From NCBI GenBank assembly GCA_951406725.2, contig OX597827.1:82336001-82400000 (forward strand): a stretch of DNA of 64,000 bases, written 5' to 3'. Numbering within the stretch: position 1 is the stretch's first letter; every line of letters begins with the position of its first letter. Under the pieces are notes generated by a model that did not search any database, was not told where the DNA came from, and worked only from the letters and a program-made list of their open reading frames with translations. The position numbers were made by a program, and so were the translations under genes. The DNA is from Octopus vulgaris. Taxonomy: Eukaryota. Below are positions 13,168 to 27,602 of the stretch, piece after piece.

Positions 13168-14325
13168 GCCTTTGCACAGCTTCTAATGCTGGAGATGTAC
13201 TATTGGTCTCCAAGACAAGAAGCTCTGAGATGATTCTTACCCCAATAAATGTTGCCACTAAAAATTTCTGCCATCAGTCCCATGTTCTTTGTCTCATAAC
13301 CTTCACCTGGGGCTAGTTTCTGTATTGTTATGGAGGCTTCTGGGGTGGAGGGCCTCAGGATTTACAAATTCATTTTGAGGCCCCCTGACAACATACCACC
13401 TTTCATTAGTCCTTCTTTGACCCCTCTCTCATACTGTGATACAGAAGTGACTACTAGCCATGGAACTATGTGAGTTCTGATGTCTTTTATTTCCACTCTT
13501 GTGTTTCTGTGACCCATATCCTGGGGCACAAACATATAGGAAGAGGTATGTCTTAGAATTTCAACAAGTGCTTTCAGTTGAGTCTTCAGTTTTGAAGTCA
13601 CATCAGATGATTCCATAACATTTCCATTTTTGGTTGAAAGGATTTTTTCTGAGACATCCTGAAGTACCTGTAATAAATCTTATTGAGAGACGTACTTAAG
13701 TCGAGTTCCAGTTTTGTTAAAATACATAATGTTATATATAATTTTTCTTTTTGCTCATTCTTGAATTAGTTAATGAATCAAAGAAATACTATTTGGTCTT
13801 ACAAAATTCTCCCATAAAAATTTACTTTCACACAATTACTATATGATGTTGTTACTATTGCCATCTTCAAAACTACCTGTTAGATTGTTTGGAATATTTT
13901 TATGTACTAATTGTTCATTTAATTGTTTGTTCTTTGCTTCTTTCTATTCATTCAGTTGTATATTTTGTTTTTGTGCTGTTCTCTGTCTCTTCATCAGCCG
14001 TTGTAATGTTCTCTCTTGTTTGGTGACCATTTCAAAAAAGAAAAATGTTGTCTGCAAATAAATAAGAAAACATTCTTTTTAATTGTCTATACCCTAAGTA
14101 TTGAAGGCAAGCAAGTCTCAGAATCTTATAATCCTTTTTTAGTAAGTAGTCTAAGGAAAATTCATTGGGTAATGATATGAATATGTTCTGGTTTCAGGGG
14201 AAAATGAATACACATGTGGACACTTCAAGAACCAGTAATAATAATGATGATGGTGATGTTGATGATGATGCTGACAGTACTAATAATAAACTTTCCAAAA
14301 AGGCCTACACGCACACACATGCACA

Positions 14326-14362
<37 letters not shown>

Positions 14363-14599
14363 GTATTTATATGTGGCACCTATATACAACCAGCTGAACT
14401 GTGCTTTTACATGGTACTTATTTCCATCTGGAGTAGTGGATTGTCCCAGTGCATCGAGGTGGGTTTAGAGCATTGTACCTCCACATGGTACTTATTTACA
14501 GTTAGTTCAATCAAGAGAGAAATAATGTTCTTCAGGGAAAAAAGTAAGATGCACAGAATGGTTGGTTTTCCTTTTTCTCTTTCTTTACATGCTGAGTCT

Positions 14600-14950
14600 C
14601 ATCATCATCATCATCATCATCATCGTTTAACGTCCGTTTTCCATGCTAGCATGGGTTGGACGGTTCAACTGGGGTCTGGGAAGTCAGGGGCTGCACCAGG
14701 CTCCAGTCTGATCTGGCAGTGTTTCTACAGCTGGATGCCCTTCCTAACGCCAACCACTCCGCGAGTGTAGTGGGTGCTTTTTACGTGCCACCTGCACAGG
14801 TGCTAGGGGAGTCTGGCATCGGCCACGATCGGTTGGTGCTTTTAACATGCCACTGGCACGGAAGCCAGCCAAGGTGGTGCTGGCATTGGCCATGTTCGGA
14901 TGGTGCTTTTTATGTGCCACCGGCACTGAAGCCAGTCGAGGTGGCTCTAT
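14600..14950 (-). mobile_element. RTE-type 3' end
   Basis: (CAT)n CGTTTAACGTCCGTTTTCCATGCTAGCATGGGTTGGACGG; related copies at 19625-19940, 28080-28285, 35380-35560, 44980-45150 and 46300-46415. Confidence 0.75.
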
Positions 14951-16324
14951 GAAATGATGCGGACAACTGACTGAACATTCAGCCTGTTTTAGTTATGGTA
15001 CTGGAGGCAAACATGCCCCCTCACAAACACACACACAAATGCAAGTGTGTAGGGAAATATACAGATACAAACAGAAAGAGAGAGAGAGAGAGAAAAGGAA
15101 AGACATTACGATTTATATATTAAACATGATTGACCTAAACACTTTCTCTCTTCTCATATACATTAAGAGAAAGAGGGAGGGAGAGAGAAAGAGAGAGAGA
15201 AAGAGGAAAGGAAGGGAGGGAGAGAGAGAGGGAGGGAGGGAGAGAGAGATAGAGAGAGAAAAATGAAGGAGAGAGGGAGAGACAGAGAAAGAAATGAAAA
15301 GGAAGGGAGGGAGAGAGAGAGAGAAAGAAAGAAAAGGAAAGGAAGGGAGGGAGAGAGAGAGAGAAAGAAAAGGAAAGGAAGGGAGGGAGAAAGAGAAGGA
15401 GAAAGAAAGAAAGGGAGGGAGAGAGAGAGAGAGAGAGAGAGAGATACTAGAATGAGAGAAACTTCAAAATGTCTGATGTGCATTAAGTCAGCATGAAATC
15501 AGCAATGCCAAAATGGGCAGCGCCAAGAGAGCTGTGCCAAAACATCCCCTACCCAAGCTGATGACATTTAGCAGGTTCTTTGTGACTGGTGAGAAGAGTG
15601 AAGCTTTGATTAGAAATTTGCAGGTCAACAAGACTGGCAGGAAAGACATGAGCTGGGAAGAGAGGATTCCAGACGGATAATATTCTGAGGTGGAAGGACT
15701 GAAAAGGGGTGGTTTGGGCAAATAAAGGAGACATTTGAATAGGAGTGTCAAGTGGAGGAAGTATTGTTGTTGTTGCTGTTTGGCCCCAGTTCCACTCGAA
15801 GCAAATGGATCTCTGACAGAGAGTATTTCCGCTCTAATCATCCAATCCTTATTTTATGACACAGTGTACCTTGGACTGCATTGTTTAATATGTCATCCTC
15901 TATCTTTTGTTGTGTGATAGGAGATTTGGTTCCTATTTCTAGCAGGTCGAGTGAATGTTCTAGTGGCTTCTTCTTGGGTGAAAAATGTTGTTTATTGAAG
16001 CAGCAGGCCGGCACCTTGTCAACCCACCTCACCTAACTACAACTCAGAAATATTGGAATTACTTTGGAAAATTAATAGAATTTTAAAAAGGAAAGGAGAA
16101 AAAATAAAATAAAAATAAGAGGAAGATAAACATAAAAAAAGGGTCACGGATATAAAAAAAATATTTTAAAGAACTCAGAAAATATAATAAAAGAAAAATG
16201 GGGAAAGAATTAAAATAGGAAAATTTTAAATAAAAATATTGAAAAACAGAAAACAAGATTAGTTATTTCACTCTAGGTCTCCCTCTCTCTCTCTCCCTTT
16301 CTCTCTCTCTTTCTCTCTCTCTTT

Positions 16325-16355
<31 letters not shown>

Positions 16356-17292
16356 CTCTGGTGTTAAATGAAAACTCAAAGAGAAAAATCAGATGATTTC
16401 AATGAAGAAGTGAATAAATTCCTGTTGAGACCATCTGAATGGAACCAGAAAGAAATGGTAAAAAAAAAAAAGAGAGAGAGAGAAGGAGATGGTAGGGGTG
16501 GGGGTGTTGATGGAGGAGTTTGAAGGAGAAAAAGAGAAAGAGAGGAGAGAGAGAGAGAGCGAGAGAGTGATGTAGTGGAAATAAAAGTCTGCACATCCAT
16601 ACCAATAAACTAGCTTTAACTGACTCCTTATCTGTGTAGCAGACATGGCTTCTAGGAAACTGGAATTTACCATTCTTAAGACAGAGAGAGAGGGGGGTGG
16701 GGGATGTGAGTGGGGGGGAGGGAGTGCATGCAGAGGTAAAGTGTTGAGCTGTAGCCTGTAAATCCCATGGCAAATAATTGATGGCAAACTGTTTCAGGCA
16801 TGTGAAGGGTGGAAGGTTGGGGGGGGGGGGAAGAAAAAGAGGAGGAGGATGAGGGGGAGGCGGTGGTGAATGTGGCTCTTCTTTTATTAGACAGTTTCTT
16901 TTTTTTTATATTTCTTTATCTTTCATGCAAAGTGGATGGTGAACAACAACAATAATAATAACAACAACAATAGTGGTAACAGTAGCAAGGATAACAGTAA
17001 CAACAAAACAACAACAACAACAGCAATAATAATAATAATAACAACAACAACAACAGTAACAGCAACGTCAGTCATACCAGCAACAACAATAGTAACAGCA
17101 GAAAGGGTAACAACAACAACAACAACAACAACGATGATGATGATGATGATGACAATAATAATAATGATAACAACAGTAACAGCAACAACAACAACAACAC
17201 AAATAACAAGAAAAGTAAAAAATGAGAGAAAAATATATGAAGTCCAGAAAAAGTGGAAAATAGAACAAAAAATGTATTAACTTCATTAAAAT

Positions 17293-17327
<35 letters not shown>

Positions 17328-18639
17328 CACAAGCTTATACACATGTGCATGCATAGACATACATATACACACGCACTTACAGACACACCAACACATACAT
17401 GCATTTACATATAGATCACACACACTTTGAAACACACCAACACACATGCGCACACACACACGAACATGTGTGCACACACATGAACATGCATACACACACA
17501 CACACATTCAGATGCATAGTCTTAGACACGCACACAGACACACATGCTAATACGCTCACATACATATGGACACAACACATAAAAATTTATACGTACACAA
17601 ACATACATATCAACAAACCAATATATATGTACACACACACACACACACACACGTATACACATACATAGCCACATCAATGCCTACATTCTTATAGATATAC
17701 ACATACACATACCTATGCACACATATATACAGACACAACAAAATATACATAGATATATAGACACATCAAAACATACACACACATAGAGATACACTAATAC
17801 ATACACACACACATACGCACACCATCAAATACATATAGATACACTCATACACATACGAAGCCAGTCATAGTTCCACCCTGTGGGTCCATTTTGACTTATT
17901 CACACATGCACACACACACACACATGCACACACACACTCCTATGTCACATGTAAACTTGGTTGTCACCATAACCACTGGTAGTTTAGGTGGACGTAGGCA
18001 GAGGAGGAGGAGGAGGAGAAGCGAGAGAAATGAGAAACAGAGTGAGAGAGAGAGCAGTTATATGCACACACGCACACACACACAGACATATATATATGTA
18101 TATATATGCATCATATATAAAATACATGCATATATATGTATGTATATTTATGTCACACACATATATACATACGCACACACATGTATACATATATAAATAT
18201 ATATATATGTGTATATATGTAAATATGTATGTATATTCATGCACACATATATGATAGGCAGAGAGAGAGATAGAGAGAGTAAAGAGTAATATAAAAAAGA
18301 GCAGGAGAGGAAGGGAGAGAGAGAGAGAGAGAGATGAGAAGTTATTTCCTCAATTCCATTTGCAAGCCGTACATGATGGAGCATTATTTTTATTACATTG
18401 TTACTGAGAGGAAATTCACTCTGCCCTCCAGCATCTCTCATAGATTCCTGTTACCTTCTGGAAAATCTCATCAATGAAGACCTGAGGCTGTGTAAGCAGC
18501 CACACAACTTACACGGCGCTGATTGCTAAAGTTGGAGATCTTCGAACAATAAACTGGTCGTGTTTCTTTCTTTCTAACATTCATTTCTGAAGTATCAACT
18601 AATAAGGTGTAGCAGTTTGCACTCATTGGGGCTAATTGT

Positions 18640-19190
18640 TAGCTATACTGGCATTAGCAACACAACAGATGAGGTCAGAGTCATTAGCAACTCTATAAGC
18701 CTGTTTATGATCATTAGCAAAGTAACAGGTGTTGCTAATGACATTAGCAACACAGCAGATGAGTTTGTGTTAACAAAGGTATTGTTGCAGTAATTAGCAA
18801 AGCCAGCGATGAGAGAGGGGGGATATTCCGTTAGCACCACAACAGAGACAATTATAAAAATTAGCATCACAACCAAAGTCAGTATTGTCACTTGCCAAAC
18901 AACATCTGTCGTTATAGCCATTAGCACACAAGAAACATTGATATAATCATTCTCAACATACTATCTGTTGCTAATAATTAGCTAACCCAACTGAGCTATT
19001 GATAATACAAATGATGCAGTCTTAATCATAGTGTTCAAGTCATTAGCAACGCAAAAGGTATGACTGACCATAAGCAACAAAGCTGATTCACCTGGTTAAA
19101 TGCAACACAACAAATATGTCACCAGCTATTAGCAACACAAGATGTTACTAATTATTAGCAACACTGCAGATGTATTTCTAACCATCAACA
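18640..19190. repeat. Degenerate ~30-bp minisatellite
   Basis: CATTAGCAACACA(A/G)CAGATG core recurring more than 10 times. Confidence 0.75.
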
Positions 19191-19936
19191 ACAGAAAAAT
19201 AAAATATTTGAATAAGTTTATGCAACTCCATGAGAATCTGAGTTGCAAATGTTTCTCTGTGCATCAGTGTTTATTAATCTGTTGTTTCATTGGTTTTATT
19301 CCTTGCGTCGTGGCAATGCTGGAGCATAATTATTTTGCAAGTATATCAATATGTACTCATTAATTTATTAATTATGGATATATATATATATATATATATT
19401 GCAACTTATTTCATTGATTGTTTAGCCAATCAGTTGCTTGATTGATTAATTTATTTCACTGACCAGGTGTACCAGGTGGTTAATCAAGGAACTGACCGGT
19501 GGCTTTATAAATTTCCAATTTAGACCATTTTATTAAACCATTTATTGCCTCCCTTCAACCATATTTAATCGTAAATGCCCAAAGAAAAAAGATTTTTCAT
19601 TGTTTTTTTATTCATTTTACATATACATCATCATCATTTAATGTCCACTTTCCATGCTAGCATGGGTTGGACGATTTGACTGACTGAAGTCTGGTGAACC
19701 AGATGGCTGCATATATATATATATATATATACATATATAATATATATATATCATCATCATCATCGTTGTTTAAAAGCACCCACTACATTCATGGAGTGGT
19801 TGGCGTTAGGAAGGGCATCCAGCTGTAGAAACACTGCCAGATCAGATTGGAGCCTGGTGCAGCCTCCTGGCTTCCCAGACCCCGGTCAAACCGTCCAACC
19901 CATGCTTGCATGGAAAACAGACATTAAATGATGATG

Positions 19937-19969
<33 letters not shown>

Positions 19970-20026
19970 TGTATGTATATATATATATATATAATGTATG
20001 TATGTATGTATGTATGTATGTATGTA

Positions 20027-20073
<47 letters not shown>

Positions 20074-20348
20074 AAATGTATATGAATTATATATATTTAT
20101 GAATTGTATGAAAAATTAGATATATTATTCATAATTGTATAAAAGTGTTGGTTGAAGGAGCCTTAGTATGAAATGAGTTCAGACAATATTATTGTAACAT
20201 TTGAGCATAAACTGAATTGAGGTATTTGTACTTTTACAGTTGTAAGTCAACAATAATGACCATTCTGTGAATCAGTGAGATTGTTCACAGACTCCGTTGA
20301 AGAACTAGTCACACATACAATTGGACTGCAAAATAACAAGGGTTTTGA

Positions 20349-20442
<94 letters not shown>

Positions 20443-20682
20443 GTGTGTTGTTATCATCATTTTAATGTCCACAGACAATGGGACATACACAAACTCAACA
20501 TCTTACTTCATCTTAATCAAGTTTAATTCACAAAAGGATCAACACGTTATGTGTCTTTATATGTATATACATATGTATATATGTATTTATATGTATGCAT
20601 ACATATGTGTGTGTGCGTGTATATATATATATGCATGTGTGCATTTGTGTGAGTGTATCTATATAAATATATATATATATGT

Positions 20683-20738
<56 letters not shown>

Positions 20739-21504
20739 CTTTATTAAAATATTGAAGATAATTTTGAACTAGTGAAAAGAATTCAGCTCATATAGAAAAG
20801 TTGTAAGTCACCTCTATACGTTACTCAGGCAACAGGAACAACCGCATAGGTTTCATGCCAATGCTACCAATTAATCTTAGGGAAGCGAAATTTCCTTTTG
20901 ATATGACTGAAAGTAGGAACTGCAGGGTCCAACACAGTCATGCAGTGGGATTGAAAATGGAACCGGGAAGTTACAAAGCAAAATTCTTAAATTCACAGAT
21001 ATGCCTACATCATCATCATCATCGTCATCATCATTGTCATCCTCCTCTTCCTCCTCATCATCATCACATTAGCATCCACTCTTTCCTGCTCTCATGGATC
21101 AGATGGATTTTACTGAGGCGGACTTCCTATGGCTGGGTGCCTTTTCTGTTGCCAACCCTTAATTGTTTCTAAGGAAGATAATATTTCCCAGTGTCCAGGC
21201 ATGGTTTTTCAGGATGTTGGGTTCGAATGACACTGCTTATATGACTGTGACACTCATTTACGACTATCCCAAGGCAAGGAGACACAAGCATAAACACACA
21301 CACAGATATGTGGTTGTGTGTGTGTGTGTGTGTGTGTATATGTGGGTGGATGATAGGCTTCTTTCAGATTTTGTCTACTAAAAGCATTAAGGAGGCTTTA
21401 GATAGCAGGGGTCTGTAACAGAAGACAGTTATCCAAGATGCGATGCTGTGTGATTGAACTAGAAACCAATATATATGAGAGTATGTGTGTGTGTGTGTGC
21501 ACGG

Positions 21505-22157
21505 TACATGGACAGGATGCTGAAGGACAAGAAGCCGCCAAATGAACAAATGCCAAAGGGACGTAAAGCCGAATGGACAAGATGCCAAAAAGACATTCTC
21601 TTTTACTCTTTTACTTGTTTCTGTCATTTGACTGCAGCCATGCTGGAGCACTGCCTTTAGTCAAGCAAATCAACCCTGGGACTTATTCTTTGTAAGCCCA
21701 GTACTTATTCTATCAGTCTCTTTTGCCGAACCGCTAAGTGACGGGGACGTAAACACACCAGCATCGGTTGTCAAGCAATGCTAGGGGGACAAACACACTC
21801 ACATAAACACACACACATACACATCGACAGGCTTCTTTCAGTTTCCGTCTACCAAATCCACTCACAAGGCATTGGTCGACCCGGGGCTATAGCAGAAGAC
21901 ACTTGCCCAAGATGCCACGCAGTGGGACTGAACCCGGAACCATGTGGTTGGTTAGCAAGCTACTTACCACACAGCCACTCCTGCGCCTAAAATGTGAAAA
22001 TTAAAATTTAAACTCATTAAATCTTAAGTGCCAAATTGGTGAATTGGTCATTAAACTATGTTGGTAGAATTTTTCTTTTTATTACTGAGTCCATTCGGCT
22101 TCTGGGTTTTGGCTGTTTGTCCTTCAGTAAGAGTGCATTCGGCATCCTGTCCACGCA
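21505..22157. mobile_element. MITE-like element with a nested SINE
   Basis: TGGACAGGATGCTGAA (21509-21524) inverted to TTCGGCATCCTGTCCA (22138-22153); inner inverted pair AAGCCGAATGGAC/GTCCATTCGGCTT. Confidence 0.6.
21597..21989 (-). mobile_element. Full-length tRNA-derived SINE (dominant family in the window)
   Basis: Head GGCGCAGGAGTGGCTGTGTGGTAAG..GGTTCAGTCCC, central microsatellite, tail GAAACAAGTAAAAGAGTAAAAGAG; other copies at 29870-30030, 33137-33580, 57030-57190 and 62230-62680. Confidence 0.85.
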
Positions 22158-22495
22158 TACTCAGACATGAACATGTACACAGTATGTACTTAGGATAATG
22201 AAGAGATTGTTGTTTGTAGGGGGGGAGGGGAAAGAAGGGATATCTTAAAAAATCTGTGAGACCCTCTTCAATCTGAGCAGTGTAGCTCTCTCCCCTATAT
22301 TTACCAACAGATCTGAATGAATGTCACAACACAATATATCATCTGCTGTTTAAGTTAATTGCTATGATCAATCTTACCTTAATCATTCTGCTCACGACAC
22401 AACTAAAGAAATACCTGTATTTATTACACCTGGACATGGGATACATGAGTCTTTGTTTTGATTTACAGGCACAAACATATATCCATACTTGTGTC

Positions 22496-22531
<36 letters not shown>

Positions 22532-22741
22532 TTTAAAACTAAACTGGATCTCTTCTTGTCAGGGGTTCCAGATGAACTTGCCTGTCGGCAGGAAGTACAG
22601 ATGCGAGCAGTGGTGTCAAACTCCCTTGTTGACCAAGTGCCTCGTATCAGAGGTCATTTCACATACTAGTGTAGCACATTGAACAGTGGTGCCCCAGCAT
22701 GGCCGCAGCTTTTTGGCTGAAACATTTTTAAGGATATATAT

Positions 22742-23659
22742 ATCGATCACCCCTCCAGCTCTCTCACCACCACCGCCTTCTTTAAACCTACGGATTCCCA
22801 CCTCTATCTAAACTTCTCTTCCTCCCACCCCTTCCACACCAAACGAGCCATCCCCTACTCCCAGTTCCTCCGCCTCCGACGTTTGTGCAGCCGCGACCAG
22901 GATTTCGAGACCCAATCTCAATACCTGGCCCGCATGTTCAGACTCCGAGGTTACCCACCCACACTCCTCTCTGATGCCCTCACCCGCGCCCGTCGCATCG
23001 ACCGCACTACCGCCTTGTCTCCTTCCCCCCGCCCACCCCCCAACCGCACCCCCTTCCCCCTCCTTTTCCACCCCTCTACCCTACCCCTTCGTCGCAAGAT
23101 ACTACGTGCCTTCCGTCGCCTCCAGCTTGATCCCACCACCCGCCCCATTTTCCCTAACCCACCCCTGTCCTCTTTCAAACGAGCCCGCAATCTGCGTGAC
23201 CTCCTGGTCCACAGCACCCTCTCCCCTTCCCCCTCAGCCCCACACGGATCATTCCCTTGCTCTAGATCCCGCTGCAACACTTGCCCCTTCATCACCAACA
23301 CCACCGCTGTCACCGGCTCCAACCTGCATACTGTACGCATTAGGCACTCTTTTACGTGCACCTCGTCTGGCCTTATTTACTGCATTAAATGCAACCTATG
23401 CGGGATGCTGTATGTAGGTCAGATGGGACGCCGGTTGTCCGACCGTTTCACTGAACACTTGAGGGACGTTCGCCTACACTCTTTTTCTCCCGTCGCACGC
23501 CACTTCCGCTCGGCCGGCCATTCCCGAGATGACATCTCAGTGTTTGGTCTCGCCCCCCACAATGGTCGCCCACTTTCCAGGCTCCACTTGGAGCAACGCT
23601 ACATCTTCACCCTACAAACTACCACCCCACACGGACTTAACACAGCCCCCTCCTCTTGA
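22742..23659 (+). CDS. Penelope-like element RT C-terminus + GIY-YIG endonuclease (partial, Neptune-like)
   Basis: Stop-free frame: FFKPTDSHLYLNFSSSHPFHTKRAIPYSQFLRLRRLCS..RGYP..NLRDLLV..C-C-C-C knuckle..LIYCIKCNLCGMLYVGQ..RFTEH..HF..LEQRYI..PHGLN. Confidence 0.9.
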   Translation: MDHPSSSLTTTAFFKPTDSHLYLNFSSSHPFHTKRAIPYSQFLRLRRLCSRDQDFETQSQYLARMFRLRGYPPTLLSDALTRARRIDRTTALSPSPRPPPNRTPFPLLFHPSTLPLRRKILRAFRRLQLDPTTRPIFPNPPLSSFKRARNLRDLLVHSTLSPSPSAPHGSFPCSRSRCNTCPFITNTTAVTGSNLHTVRIRHSFTCTSSGLIYCIKCNLCGMLYVGQMGRRLSDRFTEHLRDVRLHSFSPVARHFRSAGHSRDDISVFGLAPHNGRPLSRLHLEQRYIFTLQTTTPHGLNTAPSS

Positions 23660-26600
23660 GACCGTTTTTTTTTTTTTTTTCCGGACACACCACCCACACA
23701 CACCCACCCACCTACCTCCCACCCACCTACCTCCCACCCACCTACCTCCCACCCACCTACCTACCTCCCACACGCCTGTTCACACACACACATACGTAGA
23801 CCCATCTACGTACATACACTCACACATTTAATCACACACACTTACAGACACACATGCACATACACACACACATACATACACACACGCATACATACTTACA
23901 CACACACACACACACAGACATACATACACACATACACACACACATACATACGCACATACATACACACACACTCACACACACACACCGCACGTACATACCT
24001 CACACACACACACATGCACACATACATGTAGGCACATACATACATACATACCCACACATGCACACCCGTACACTGAATGCACACACACATACACCTTTTT
24101 GCATCCAGGCAGCCCCCCTCTTTTCTGCTTTCCGGTTTTGGCTGATGGATCCTCGGTTCCCGCGTAGCGGGACGTTCGAGGGCCTTTGCGCTCGCGCGCC
24201 TTGGCGCGCGCTGGGGCTCGGTCGGCCCCTTTGGGCTTGCGTTGCACTGCTTGTGCGTTGTGTGCGTGAGCGCGCTTCGTGTGTGTGGGCTTGCTTCGGA
24301 TGTGCGCTTGCGTATGTTTGCATACATACCCACACACTCGCATGCATCCCTACCCACATACATACACGCACACCTACTCACACACACACATACACACACA
24401 CACATACCCGCACACACACACACATACATACATACACACACATACCCACTTCAGACATACACACACACAGACATACACCCATACACCCACACTCACACGC
24501 ATACACACACACACATACACACGCACACGTACACATACACACACACACACACCCACATACATACATTACACTTGTATACGCACACACTTACATTCATACA
24601 CACACACACCTACACAGCCATACCCTCACTCAGACACACACATCTACCTACACACACACAAACACACACTGACACACACCCATATATAGATACATCTACA
24701 CACTCACGCCTACACACATACATACACACATACATAAACACACACACATACACATACACACACATACGCACACACGCATATACTTATACACATGCACACA
24801 CACACACATACATACACCCATATACATACACACACACATACCTACATACTCCTATACGCACATACATACACACAGACATACACACATACACACTCACACA
24901 AACATACACACACACATACTTACACACACACTCACCTGCACGCGCACACACATGCATGACAAACACTCATACACTCACACTCACATACGCACACACCAAC
25001 ATAAACACGCACACGCACACACACACCTACACTCCCACACACATACACACGCACCTACATACACACACGCACGCATACACACGCATACACACATACATTA
25101 CACACGTACACACACACCTACATACACATGCACACACACACACACACAAACATGCACGGACACACCCAGACATACATACATACACCTATATACACACGCC
25201 TACACACCTACATACACACACATATACACACGCCCACACAGCTACATACACACACATACATACACACATACACGGACACACCCATACATACTTACATACA
25301 TACACCTATACACACACGCCTACACACCTACACGCACACATGCACACACACACACATGTACGCACATACACACACATATACGCACACACATATATACCCA
25401 CACACATGCACACACACACACATACGCACATACATGCACGCATGCACACGCGCACACCTACACGCATACACACACACACACGCACGTACACATACATACA
25501 TACACACACGCATACATACACCCATACACATACATGCATCCTACACACACATACATACACACTCACACATACATACACACACACGCACTCACTCACACAC
25601 CTGTATGTTCGCGCACACACATGCACATACACACACTTCCCCACACCCACACGTACATACATACACACTCATACACACATACACACACACACACACACAC
25701 GGACATACATCTATGCACACACATATATACACACATACTCACATACATTCATCGGACACACTGCCACCCAGACATACACACAGACACACTCACACATCCA
25801 CACGCACACATACGTACGCGCACACTCGCAGGCTCGCGCACACACGCGTTTGCGCCGGTTCGCGCACGCATGCGCCCGCATGCACCTCGCCCTTGGATCC
25901 GACGAGACCTCCCGCCCGTTCCTGGGATGTCGCGTGTCGTTGGGTTTTCCCACGCCCGTCTCCGCGGGACCACTCCTCCATCTTCCCCTCCGCTGGAGTC
26001 CTTTTCCTAAACCCCCCCCCCTTTTTTTCGTTACACACACGCGCACACATATACACACATTGCTTAAACATATACCTCACTCTTACACACATTCAATCTA
26101 CTCGCCACTAATACTACCACGACACTGGACACACACACACACTACCACTCAACACACGCTGGCACGCTACATACGCCCCCACCCCTTCCCCTCCCTCCCT
26201 TCCTCCTTCCTCCCTTTTCTCACTACTGACCTTTGTCTGCTATGCTGCTGCTATGCTGACCACCGTCTCGCCCTACCTCACACGCCTACACACAGACGCA
26301 CACACTAACACATACATATATTTTTTGTTTTTTTACCTCGCCTCACACACACACATACACACACGCACACGCACACACTCACACATACACACACATCTGT
26401 TGCGTTACCAACCTTGTCTCCACTCTTTTGCCTTTAAAAACCCACTTTGCTCTTGTTATCGTAAACATCCGCCTTTCACCATGTGCTTCTGCTAACACCA
26501 GCCGTTTTTTTCTCTATCTCCGTTGCCCGCTCCGGGATCTTTCTTTCCTCTCTCTTCCTTCTTTATGTTTCCGACGAAGAGCTCCGCTCGAAACGTCATA

Positions 26601-26687
26601 CCTCCCTGCTTCCATTTCCTGAGCGCCTATTAATAATAATACTGTAATTGTTCCCTTGTTGTTGTTTTTTTGTTTCCCGTTTGGATT

Positions 26688-26692
<5 letters not shown>
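22744..26692 (+). mobile_element. 5'-truncated Penelope-like retroelement with long CA-rich 3' region and terminal hammerhead
   Basis: RT-thumb/GIY-YIG ORF, ~2.9-kb CA-rich spacer, HHR at 26566; both ends abut (TA)n. Confidence 0.75.
26566..26601 (+). ncRNA. Minimal hammerhead motif at PLE 3' end (U4C variant)
   Basis: GTTT-CCGACGA-A-GAGC-TCC-GCTC-GAAAC-GTC-ATAC. Confidence 0.65.
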
Positions 26693-26733
<41 letters not shown>

Positions 26734-26869
26734 TTATATATGATCATTATCATCATCATCATCATCGTTACTATTATTATTTATGTATTATTTACTTACT
26801 GAATGGCATAACTGGTAAATTACTTGAAAAATAAGTATTACCTACATTACATTGTAATTGTTTTTATAA

Positions 26870-27602
26870 GTGTACTTGGCTTTTGTCAATCTTGAGAAAG
26901 CTTTTGACTGAGTCCCTCGCTCTGTTATCTGGTGGTCTCTCAGCAAGTTGGGAGTACAAGAGTGGCTTGTTAGAGCTGTAAAGCCATGTACAGCAGGGCT
27001 GTCAGTAGGGTGAGGATCAATCCTTAATACAGTGATGAATTTAGCATACAAGTAGGGGTCCACCAGGGCACAGTTCTGAGACCATTATGATTTATCATAG
27101 TACTTCAATATGAGATGCCCATGGGAACTACTATATGCTGATGACCTCACTCTTATTGCTGAATCTGTAGCAGAATTAAAGAAGAAATTCCAGGTATGGA
27201 AGCAAAACCTAGAATCAAAAGGCCTTCGTAAGTTAACCTAACAGATCCAAAAGTTGTTGTTAACTACTTTCCATCAGGTAATTGTCCCTATTCAATATGT
27301 AGAGAAGGAGTTTGAAATAATTCCATTCAGTGCACCCAGGGTAAACTCTGGACACGTAAGAGGTGCAGTGGAATCACAGGTAGATTAACAGATAGAGTCG
27401 TCTTCATATGTGGCAGATGTGCAGGAACAATAAGCACTAAGGACACACAGGAATTAGGCCCTTTCAAATGCCCAGGAGGCTCTCTCGAGGCTGTAGATAG
27501 TTTCTGTTACCTAGGTGACCAAATTAGCAATGGTGGAGGATGCTCTAAAAGTATTGTTTCTAGACTAAGAATAGGATGGAGGAAGTTCAGAGAGCTTTTA
27601 CC
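26870..27602 (+). mobile_element. RTE-clade LINE reverse transcriptase fragment (degenerate)
   Basis: YLAFVNLEKAFD*VPRSVIWWSL, GVHQGTVL, PWELLYADDL, VDSFCYLGD. Confidence 0.85.

Noticed and set aside
24242-26308. 688-aa His/Thr-rich ORF
   Set aside because: Stop-poor translation of degenerate CA repeat in the PLE 3' region
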